From Nemertoderma westbladi (Eukaryota > Animalia > Xenacoelomorpha), in contig JAUCBJ010000200.1 of assembly GCA_032718475.1 (NCBI GenBank), positions 35,054 to 99,053 on the forward strand: a DNA stretch of 64,000 nucleotides, given 5' to 3'. Below, piece by piece: positions 39,311-50,800 of the stretch. Within the stretch, counting starts at the first letter, position 1, and each line of letters starts with the position of its first letter. The notes beneath the pieces were generated by a model that made no database searches, was not told the origin of the DNA, and saw nothing but the letters and a program-made list of their open reading frames with translations. Both the position numbers and the translations under genes were made by a program.

Positions 39311-40189
39311 GCTTCTGTATTGCAGTAGGCAATAAAGCTGAAGTACCGGTCAACCGGTACCTAGTAGGCCTGACTACCTAACCACCAAGGCCTACTAGAG
39401 AAACAGGCCTGGAATCCGAGATCAAGCCAATTCTATTGAAGGCCTAATAATCCAATGTATGTGTGTGTGTGTGTCCGGAGCTCTACAGCCCCCGCATTTC
39501 TAAACCAATCTGATCGAGTAAGGTATCAAACGAAGCGGAATTGTCATACGATGCTCACCGCCCAAAAACATTTTGGTATTCTAGAACATTAATTAGCTAT
39601 TAATAGCTATTATCACTACAGACCGCATTTATAAATCGATTTGATCGATTAAGGTATCAAACGAAGCGGAATTTACCTGCAATGCACACCGCCCAAAAAA
39701 TTTAGTACTCTAGTATTCTACTACTTAGTATTCTAGAACATTATTTAGCTATTAATAGCTATTATTGTAAATTGCAATTTTTCATGTGTGTTGCCGTTAT
39801 CCCAACACCAGGGGGGAAAAACGCCGATGCTGGAGACGTGACTTTACAGACCACCGAGCCCCGGCCAGTCACCGGATATTGATTGTGGAAAAGGAATGTT
39901 TTCTGAGATGCAAGTTTGCGGTTGATAAAAAGCTGCATTAGTTGGATATACTCTTTAATGTAACTTCCTATAGTTGAAACCTGTTCAACATCATTGAAAC
40001 CTGATTAAGAATAATTTTGGGCTTCCCCAAATCAATATACACCAAATATTCACAATAATTATACACGATAATATAAATCCCTACAGTATTTTATTTAATT
40101 ACCCACTGTTCGCTCAGAATTTTAGCCTACCTAATATTCCCCAGATTTTCCCTCGGTCCTAGTCTTAGTGCCGTAGTGTTGGTGTCGGT

Positions 40190-40992
40190 CGACCCTGTTG
40201 CGTGTCCGTTCCACCCCTCACGAACCCCGAAGGGAACGATCATCGAGAACCAGCACGGCTTGGCTAAGGGTCGGTCCAGTCGGTAGACTCTGTCGCGTAT
40301 CCGTACCACCCCTCTCGAACCCCGAAGGGTTCGGTCATCGAGAACCAGTACGGCTTGGCTAGGAGTCTGTCGTGTCGGTGGACCCGTTCGCGTGTCCGTT
40401 CCACCCCTCACGAACCCCGAAGGGTTCGATCATCGAGAACCAGAACGGCTTGGCTAGGGGTCCGTCGTTTCGTCACAGAAACCCAACCACCTAGGCTTTC
40501 CGAGTCGCTTTCAGGCTCGTAGTCGCTTCGGCAGCCGAGAAACTGCTCCGAACAGTCGGTAGGCCAGTAGAGTCTAGTCGAGTCTAGTCCTTTGTCTTTC
40601 GACCCCATCGCGTGTCCGTTCCACCCCTCACGAACCCCGAAGGGAACGATCATTGAGAACCAGTACGGCTTGGCTAAGGGGTCTGTCGTCGGTTCCCGTC
40701 GCAAATCCCAGTACAAGCAGTCAGCGTTCCGAGTTCTTTTCAGTCTCGTAGTAGCTGCCGTTGACCAGAGACCGCTAAGGGCAGTTCTCGTCAAACCCGT
40801 CCTGTGGCCAGCCCTTTCGCATGTCTGTCCCACCCCTCGCGAACCCCGAAGGGATCGGTCATCGAGAACCAGTACGGCTTAGGTCAGGGGGCAGTCGTAA
40901 GTTGGCCACCCGTTCGCGTGTCCGCTCCACCCCTCACGAACCACGAAGGGAACGATCATCGAGAACCAGAACGGCTTGGCTACTAAGGGGCC
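40190..40992 (-). ncRNA. Array of six ~82-nt structured repeats (kink-turn plus UUCG hairpin), putative RNA elements of unknown class
   Basis: Units start at about 40190, 40285, 40380, 40601, 40811 and 40904. Closing and middle stems show compensatory changes, and G-U pairs form only on the minus strand. Confidence 0.55.
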
Positions 40993-41614
40993 GTCGTTTC
41001 CCGTCGCAAATCCCTGACACAAGCAGTCAGCGGTCCGAGTTCTTTTCAGTCTCGTAATGGCTGCTGTTGGCCAGGGACCGCTAAGGGCAGTCCTTGTCCT
41101 TTAGGCCTGGCGCATTACCAAATCCACCCCTACAGGCAGCAGGAAGTTGGCCAGGGCCTAATAGTACTCAGGCTAACCTGAATACTGCTTGCATTTTCCA
41201 TCCCCCCCTGGCCCTTATAACTATGAAATTATTCCCGTACCCTGTAAGTTGCCCCAAAGTTCGCCCATAAATCGCCCCCAGTTTATTGAATGTGCCCAAA
41301 ACCCATGGTCCCGCACCCAGTAGTAATATCGGAATAATCAATTTTAAATAAATACAAAAATATTCAACTCGCGTTATGGAAAGTTGAAATACCGCGAACA
41401 ATGTGTAAACCATAGGCTATTATATACTACTACTTCTACTTGGGACTACGTTAGGAGGACAAGCTGGCCGCCGCTAGCGCTATTCTAGAACATAGATAAA
41501 TAAAGGTAATAGGATTTATTAATAATATTAATATAATAATAATAAACTGGAATATAATTTTTTTGATGAAATGGATGAACCCACCGCAAATCCATATACA
41601 TATACAACATATAC

Positions 41615-42490
41615 ATATAAATCCATATACAGATCCACCACTATAGCTCAGCGTCGGCTTCACATGCATCTCATCAATAATTAGCCAGCAAACTCGAGAA
41701 CGCGGCTCTAATCTTGAGAAGTATTCTCGATAAAATCTCCTTTCCTCATCGTTACAGCATGAACTTGTTATCCTTCTCAACAGCCGTGGCGATGGAAGAG
41801 GAAGGAAAATCCTAAGCTTCATATATAGTGAGCGTGATGTTGCATACCACTCGAAAGCTAAACTCAAGTCACTTGTGGAATACAATTTCTTATTTTGTGG
41901 GGCATTTAACAGGTCCACACAACGAATCATATATCCCCGCTTTGCTACAACCTGTTCTTTCACATTGTCTGGTTGGCGAAGAATATTTATCAGTTCTTCA
42001 AGTTGAGACCAATAACGCAATTCACTAGGAAAGTTCGGATTCTTTATAGAAATAAGTTTACTATAAGCCTCATAAGGGATTGTAATGTAAATGATGCAGA
42101 GTTTGGAGTGTCACACTTAACCGGAATAAATAGAGTCTTTGGAGTTAGATAAATACTCTTGTCATGTATAGCGCCCTTTCGATTTAAACTATACAATGCT
42201 ATGGGAGATTCAGTGTTATTGCCAGATTTAGGCATAGATTAAACAAAAACCGACATCTGGTCAATATCCGGATTGCGTTTAGAAGAACTTGCGCGCGTCG
42301 TTGAGCGTGGAGGGGCTGGAGGCGTTGGGATGGAGAGCAGAGGAACATTTGGGAATACCGACTGACCGACGGCGGTTCCATTTGGGAATACCGACGGCGA
42401 ATTCTCCTCCCCGTCGTCCATACCGGTCAGTTTATCCTTCGCGTTCGCATAACCAGTTCTGCAACCGCCGACGGAACACTTCCTTCCCAT
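41615..42490 (-). pseudogene. P-type (THAP9-like) transposase remnant
   Basis: THAP start MGRKCSVGGCRTGY and a degenerate AVP-box; WYATSRSLYMKLRIFLPLPSPRLL and CWLIIDEMHVKPTLSY contain the first catalytic Asp. The remainder is deleted. Confidence 0.88.
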
Positions 42491-44849
42491 CGAGTTAACG
42501 GTCGTACAGTCGTATCAGGTTGTCAGTTGTCACTTGGGTAGTTTATTTGGGTAGACACTCGTGTATTCAGGTAAACACTCGAGCAGTCAGGTAGGAAGAG
42601 TAAACGATAACATAATTCAGTGCAGTAGGTAGTTTAAGATTTGTAAACTATAGGCCTACAGTATACCGGTATCAGAATTCTAGGCCTTCAATAATGAAGG
42701 CCTGTAGGCTGGCTGCCAGGCCTGTTTCTCTAGTAGGCCTTGCTAACCACCCGGACCGGTACCTACAGCAGTACAGGTACAGCAGTATTATTCGATTTTG
42801 ATAATTATATACCGGTAGGCCTTAATAATTAATCAGGGACTGCAGCCCTGGTTTCTTATTGAGATTTTACTTATTTCTGTCAGTTTTATTTACTTGTAGG
42901 TTAATATTGAGCAGAAGACGTGTAAGCCTGCCCAGATTGTACAGATAATTTGTAGGCTGGACTGTTGTCTGACTGTTGTTAAGTCTGAAGGGACTGTAGT
43001 GTGTGTAGAGTGTATGTCCGATAAATTACTAGTTAGGAAAGTAGGGGCTTCCAGTGCTGTGAGGTAAACCCCCTCGAAAGAATAAGTCGTACTACTCGGT
43101 TAGAACGCATACTAACTAACCATTTCGGAGTCTGCATATACTGTAGTTTGTTTAGGCTTGATAGTAGTCTGCCAGCGTTTGGTCTGTATTTTGTTTGTGT
43201 AGTTTGTACGGGTAGCGTAATATTTCTTATTCAGATAATTTGTAGGCTGGATTGTTGTCTGGCTGTTGTTAGGTCGGAAGAGATTGCGGTGTGTGTAGAG
43301 TGTATGTCCAATAAAGTGCCAGTTGGGAACGTAGGGGCTTCCAGTGCTGTGAGGTAAACCCCCTCGAAAGAATAAGTCGTACTACTCGGTTAGAACGCAT
43401 ACTAACTAACCATTTCGGAGTCTGCATATACCGTAGTTTGTTTAGGCTTGATAGTAGTCTGTCAGTTTTTGGTCTGCATTTTGTTTGAGTAGTCTGTACG
43501 CGTAGCGTAATATTTATTATTCAGAGTTTATGCGATTATTCGCAACATTCATATCCCCAAGTTTATTCCTACAGTAATTGTGCTTGTTATACATACCGTT
43601 ATAGTTAAATTAACCCCGGTACTACATCAGGGCTGCTTGGCGTAGGTAAAGACTGGTGATTTTGTGCCCCGGTCACTCCAGCAGATACCGTGGTTCTTTT
43701 GGCTGTTCAAGTATTTTAACTACTGATTATTGGTTGTATGAGTACTTGTACCTAATTTAGGGTTTAGTGTACAGTGCTTTCCGAAGGTAATTAGTGTGTA
43801 GGCAGTATATTTGTGTTGTAAAGTGGTTAATAGGCACGCTGGTTCTGGTAGACCGCGGTAATTAACTTCTAGGTAGAAACACTCCGTGATACATAACGTA
43901 GTACTTATAGCGATATGGCTATAAGTCGTCAGACGGTGGTATTTTTTCTATCTGGACAACGCAATATATTTACTACTGCTTGTTATTTTCAAATACCGTA
44001 GTACCCTGTCCGTTGTAATAACCAGATATTCTAACCCTTTGTTAGGCTGGTTTGTAGACTTCTTGTAAAATTACCCTAAAAATTCGTACGTGTAATTTTT
44101 GTGTTTATTTAGAGATTGTAATCTCACACCGAATTGTATGTAATTTGTAGTATTAAGTAACTTAGGTAAATTAGAATTATTTGTTTTAGTGTCCAACAAG
44201 TAGCACTTCACTGAGAGCGCACAGCTTCTGTGTAGTGACTCCCCCCAGAAATAATAACATTTATTTCAAATATTGACAAAAACCCATTTAACGGGTATAT
44301 ATATTATAAATCAACTCAAACGATTTATAAATAGTAGGCCTGCCATACAACAATTAGGTCTTAATATCAGTTGGACTACTGCTTAAATAACGGTAATAAA
44401 GTAAGTTAAAGTAACCAAGTAACCCCTAAAATTCAGAAATTCAATTATTCCAAAATAATTGACATACCGGTATTTACCATAGGCTTATTATATTTATTTC
44501 TATAAATTTAGGCTGAAATCATACCGGTATTCTGTAATTAATTCTAGTTCATAATTATACTTATATATACTATAAGTGTAAGCTGTATACCGGTATTCAC
44601 GATAGGCCTATTATATATTTATATATATTTGTGCTGAAATTACATACCGGTATTCTGTGACAAACCTAGTCTGTAATAATACTTATATATATACTATAAG
44701 CATACCGGTATTCTAATATATTATATATATATATCAAGTTACATTCAGTGACGATATCGGTAATTAATTACTAGGCTAACAGTGATACTGAATTACTAGA
44801 CTTGCTTAAACTGTAATATAGCAGTAGGCATTCAACTGTACAAACAAAC

Positions 44850-47800
44850 ATGTCTGATACAAAGCAAAACCTGTCAGACAGTCTCCTAGATACGACCATC
44901 TGTGACCCAGACAGGAGTGTGGAACGTGTGAGACCGAAGTTCAACTCACCTCCTACTGTAAGAAAGATCATTCCCCCAGTAGTAATATCAGACCCTAGGC
45001 TAGTCCAACATCGTAGGTCTATCATAGGCACTCGAGCTCAGGTCAAGCGGAACCAAGAAGCAGCGGAACAGCAACAACCCGCGAGCCGAGAACTTATTTC
45101 TCAGCGGCCCGACAGCTCAAGTAGTGAGGATACTGTAGAGCTGACACCCGAGCACGGAGCAAAGATGACAGATGCGGTTTATTCGGATCCCCTTCTCATC
45201 CTTCCTGCAGCCGTACTCACTAGGGTATTGATTGCGGTGGAGGAACACCAGATTGATTGGGCGAGAAGTAAGCGATCTACTAAGGATAGTTATGCGGGAT
45301 ACACAAGGGAAGAACTGAAGTCTATTGTCGAGTCGCAATGGAACTTCCCCGGATCCGGACTCCCGTTTGACTTATCGGAAGCTGCCTGGGAAGACATACA
45401 CAGGATGGGAGTAACCGAGGAAACCATCGATCCAGCTGTGTGGATGAGGTCCGCAGCCGGATACGTACAGGGATTCTTCAGCTCCATGGAGCGATTAGAA
45501 GAACAATTGTTTAGACAACCACAAGGACCTCAGGAGCAGGAAGATCTGCTTTATCAAGTTCGAGAAAGAATTCTAAGAATCAGACTAATCCTATCGGCCT
45601 TTGAGGAGGCTTCGAAAAGAAGACAAGACACGTCGTTGCAAGTTGCCGTGAAGACTTGGTTACAGCGGGTGAGTCTCCAAGTTCAAAGAACTGCCCCGTG
45701 GAAATCTCAGTTGGAGGAGCGCTCAACCCTTGGAGAATCAACAGACGCTACCTTTTCCCAGGTGGAAAGTGAAGCGACAGCAGAGAAACCGCATAAGAGG
45801 GATGCTATTGACATCTATCTGTCAGACTATCAACGTTTTGTAGGTGATGAAGAGTTGAGGAGAAGGCTAGAGGGATTTAACCCTAATAGTGAAGGAGCCA
45901 AGCTTGTGTTGGACGCAATCGATGTGGATATGAGAGCTGCGAACCAAGCTAAATTTGATGAACGCCTCCGCATCACTAGAGTCCAAGAAGAACAAGTAAA
46001 GAAAAAACGTATAGAAGACAGAAAGATAGCAGCAGCGGCAGCAGCAGAGGCAGAAGCGGAAAGAAAAGCGGCAGAAGTGGATAGAAAAGCGGCAGAGGCA
46101 GCGGCAGAGGCAAAAGCGGCAGCGGCAGAAGCAAAAGCGGCAGCTGCAGCAGTAGAAGCAGAGGCAAAAGCGGCAGCGGCAGAGGCAAAAGCGGCAGCTG
46201 CAGCAGTAGAAGCGGAAAGAAAAGTGGCAGCGGCAGAGGCAAAAGCGGCAGCGGCGGAAGCAGAAAGAAAAGCGGCAGAAGCCGAAAGAAAGCGAGCCAT
46301 GGCAGAAGCAGAACGAAGAGCATCTGAAGAGACCACCCAACTAGAGTTGGAAAATATTCAAGAGAATCAAGACTGCATAAATAAACAGATAACAGCTAGT
46401 AATATGCAGATGATGAATCGATCTACTCGCAAAAGACAGGGATACACATCATCTGAGAAAGGCGATACCACTGATACTGAAGGTGGAGGAAATAGATCTC
46501 GTCTCAGCAGACGTAGAAGAATGTCTCATCGTCAGAAATTGCCTGATTTGCCCCCAGCTGTTCGAAAACAACTAACTAGCACAGACTTAGGTAGTACAGA
46601 ACCCCTAGACCAAATTATTAAAATAGACAGACTCCCTACTATAGTAGATGAGCCTGAAATAATTAGGCCGGTTCTTGAATCCACCCCCTCGGTGATAGAG
46701 ACACCTGTACTCCCTGAACCTATCTCTAAATTCCCTCTGCACAGCACTAAGCTACCTGTGCCCAGCAGAACAGCCCATGAGACAGTTTATGTCCTGGACT
46801 CCGAGTGAAATATTAATGATTGGTCGCCCGTTGTCCCTCGTCCGCCCGCTACAACGTTGGCGGCTCCCTCTTCGGCGGTCGAGTGGGTGGATGAGAGACG
46901 GCGGGGGATGGATCTCCTGCTCGGGCAGATGCAGGAGACTGTTAAGCAGTTCAAGGGCACAGTAAGGGAAAGTAGGTTAGAGTTGCAAGAAGTGCAGCAA
47001 AGTATCGCGCTAGAACGCGATAAATTAGTAAATACAAAAAAGGGTATACCACCACCCCCTGTAACAATGTGTCAACCTGTTAGGTCTGAAGTATTTCATG
47101 CGCAAGGTGTGGAGCCTACACGCATCTATACTGCTAGCGAAGTGGAAACTCCTATAGTAAACAATATATATATATCCTATAGACAATGATATCCCATATA
47201 GACTTGATAATAATCCGAGAAATTTATATACCGATAACTCGATATTAAATAACACGATGGCCCAAGAAAGTTTTACGCGTCAAATGGCTAGAACCGAAGC
47301 CCGTCAAGCGGTAAAGGTGGGAGAGATTGTCAAGTTCAATGGAGATGAGATGAAATGGTTACCTTTTAATGAATATTACAAAGATAACATACAGAACTCT
47401 GTGCTATCTAACGGAGAGAAACTTAGATTCCTCATCGAGTGCTTGGAAGGATCTCCCAAGTTAATGGCGTTAAAGTTTATTGGACATCCCGATGGATTAA
47501 GACAAGTTTGGGATACCCTAAACATCAGGTATGGTAATAGGAATAACATAGCTAGGTATTTGTATGCAAAATTGGTAGCGCCCCGAAAGTTCATTAGCAG
47601 CGGGATAATAGAGTTTTCCGATGAGATTCAAGAGATCTGTAGACAATTAGATTGGCTAGGTAAGTCTCATGAATATCAGAGTTCTATGGTTATTGGAGCT
47701 GTGGCCTCTACCTTACCGAAGGGTGGAGTAGGTACACGCTGGGATAAGAAAGTGTTATATATGATGGAACAGCAACGACGAGACCCTACCATGGCTGATC

Positions 47801-50800
47801 TCATGTCATTCTTAGATGGAGAAGTGAAATTACAGCTCCTAAAGCAGTCCAGAGAGAAGACACCGGAAAACAAGGTAAGTGAGAAACCCATTTCTAGGAG
47901 AAAGGTAACACCAGTGTGTTATACCGACGATGGCGAAAGCCAGGCTTCTCAAGGAGAGGACAGCGGGAAAGACACTGAAAGATCTTATTATGTCAACAAA
48001 ACGCCCAAAGACGTAAGTAAATTCAGGTCTCGAACCAATGACAGGAGAGAACAGGTAAGAAAAACCCCTCCTACGTCTCCTAAGAGAATTCAGGTAAGAA
48101 AGCCCGAAGAAAGAACGAGTGTGCACAACGTTACTCAAAATAAGGTAAGTAACATCAAACCGAAATGTGCGCTGTGTGACGGGCCCCACCGTTTGAACGT
48201 GTGTGATGAATTCCTAAAGAAATCATTAACGGATAGACGGGAAGTCATGTGGGATAAGCGGTTATGTTATAATTGCCTCAGACAAGGACACCAACGGCGA
48301 ACCTGTTACTCCGACACAAGGTGTGCAAAGTGCGGTGCGAAACATCATATCTTGTTGCACACTGAATTCGAGCGAAACAGCCCGAGTCAGGTAAGTGAGT
48401 CCGAACTACATGTCCAATTCAGTGATGTGAATGACACTGACCAAAGTTCTGAGATGGAAGGATTCTATACGGACGAATTCTCCGACGAAGATGAATCCTG
48501 TTACATGATAAATACCGCAGTGTATCGAGCACTTACGTATGAAAAAGACACAGACAGCGAGATCCCCCTAACTACTTCTGACCGACAACCATCTTGGAAA
48601 GTACCAACTTCCAATGTAGGAATCCGAGAATTTCCTGTAGTACAGTTAAGGGTCCACGGACCTAAAAGGAGTTATATAGTGAACGCCCTCCTTGACTCCG
48701 GTAGCACAGGAACATTCATCGACAAAGAACTAGCCGAAGACATCTTTGCTGGACAACCCAAGTTCCGAACTAAGCTAAACATGTCAGGAATTATGCAGGT
48801 TTGGAAATCTACCGTAATAGCGGATTATTATGTAGGCGCGTTGTCCACCCCCCAGGATGAACTAGGAGAACATAGTATAAGGTCAGTAAAAATGGTGGTG
48901 ATAAAGAACTTCGCTACCAGCCAAGTGGAACCTTATAACTGGGATGAGGACGATTTCACCCAGCAGCTTGAAATACCTAGATTCAACACCGATTACCCTG
49001 GAGTGCAAATACTCATCGGTCAAAACGCGCATGAAGCGCTCGAGACATTGGAGAAACGGCCTGCTCAACCGCAACCACTACAAGCTTATGCGGGAAGAAC
49101 TAGAGTGGGTTGGTACTTTACTGGCCCTTCCCGTAGAACTCTCATGGAAAGATTACCGAAAGATCAGGTATATCAAGTAAGAGAATGGGAAGTTGATAGC
49201 AGTGAGTTAGACGATCCAACTGAGGGAACACCATACTCCTCAGATAATGACGATGTCCACCAACTCTTCGACGAGGAGAATACCATTGATCTCCTTAAGG
49301 AAAACGAGACTTGGCAAAACCAAGTGAACTTATGTCTGCTCCTTCGTCCATCAGAACGAGACGACTATAACGACGAACTGAATGACGTCATCGAACGTTA
49401 TAATGCCAAGACTCGGGATGAACACGCCGTACGATTCTTTACTCAAGAGGCTGTAGAGCCCAATTCCTACGATAAGGCCCTATTGGTAGAAGAAGAAAGA
49501 GCCAAGCAGATCCAAGAGACAACTACACGTTTTCTTAAAGATCAAGGTAGATATGAAATCGGTCTACCTTTCCGAAAGCGAGAACCAAAGTTCATAAACA
49601 ACAGACCCTTGGCGGAGAAAAGAATTGCTCAACTACATCGACGCCTTACGGCAAATACTTCAGCTAAAGAAATGTATCAAACACAGTTGAAGAAATTTAT
49701 TAGCAAGGGATATGCGGAGCGAGTACCAGAAGAAACACCTATAACAGAGAGAACGTAATATTTAACTCACCATTACGTTCCCAAACCCGGTAAACCCCAT
49801 GAGGTACGAGTAGTGTTTGACAGCTCCGCCCTCTACATGGGCCAATCCCTTATTCCGAATTGTTACCCGGACCCAACTTACTCCAATCCTTGTTGGGAAT
49901 ACTCTTAAGATTAAGACAATATTCAATCGCTTTCGCCTCAGATATAGAAGGCATGTTCTTACAGGTCAAGGCGCTGGATAGGGATCGAGATAGCCTACGA
50001 TTTCTGTGGTGGCCTGAAGGAGACCTCAACCAGAAACCGGTGGAGTACTGGATGACCATCCAGGCTTTTGGGATAATCTCAAGCCCTTCAAACGCCTGTT
50101 CAGTGGTGCGCACCACTGCGGATGACAACCGAGAAGCCTTCTCTAAAGAGGTGATTGACAACATCAAACGGGATATATACATGGACGACAATCTAAAGTC
50201 CCTTCCATCAGTCGAAGAAGCCATTGATGTCGCTAAAGGAACGGTAGAGTGCTTAAAAAGAGGTGGATTTCGATTAACTAAATTCACCAGCAACTCCCGT
50301 GAGTTTCTGGAGTCGATCCCTGTAGAAGATCGAGGAGCGAAAGACCTAGATCTAATCAAAGATGATCTTCCAGAAACCAAGACACTTGGTTTGAAATGGG
50401 ACACAGAGAGAGATATCCTGTTTTTCCAGCTAAAACAGCGAGATAATCCAGTTCGGACAAAACGGATTTGTTTAAGTATCCTGAGCACTTATTTCGATCC
50501 ATTGGGATTTATTAGCCCAGTTATATTGATTGCTCGGAGTTTAGTACAACAAATGTGGCTTGAAAACCACTCATGGGACGATCCACTTAAGGGAGAATTA
50601 TTAAAGAAGTGGATGAAATGGGAAGATTCTCTACCAGCCATCGAGAACTTTATAATTTCCCGTTCATATTTTGGTCATGTTCTCCCTACGTATTCCTATC
50701 AACTCCATGTGTTTGGAGACGCCAGTGATATGGGAATAGGTATAGTAGCCTACCTAAGAGTGGAAACTCCGGATGGAATCAAAGTCGCCTTGGTTACATC

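Larger units (their letters stand above)
39386..42742 (-). mobile_element. P-element superfamily DNA transposon, internally deleted, nested in the BEL B leader
   Basis: 27-bp perfect TIR CAAGGCCTACTAGAGAAACAGGCCTGG, 8-bp TSD CTAACCAC (39378-39385 and 42743-42750), and sub-terminal inverted TATTGAAGGCCTA. Confidence 0.95.

Noticed and set aside
40190-40992. Known ribozyme (HDV-like, twister, hammerhead), SECIS or TIGR array
   Set aside because: GGCUAAGGG and GCGAACGGG resemble HDV J4/2-P2, but no P3/L3/P1.1 can be built. There is no CUGANGA..GAAA core. The upper helix is too short and lacks the AAR loop of SECIS. Unit size and the constant internal loops do not fit guide arrays.
46806-46808. 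Programmed readthrough or frameshift in BEL B gag-pol
   Set aside because: Copy A has CGA (Arg) at this position, so it is a C-to-T nonsense mutation. The other stops replace conserved Trp/aromatic codons.
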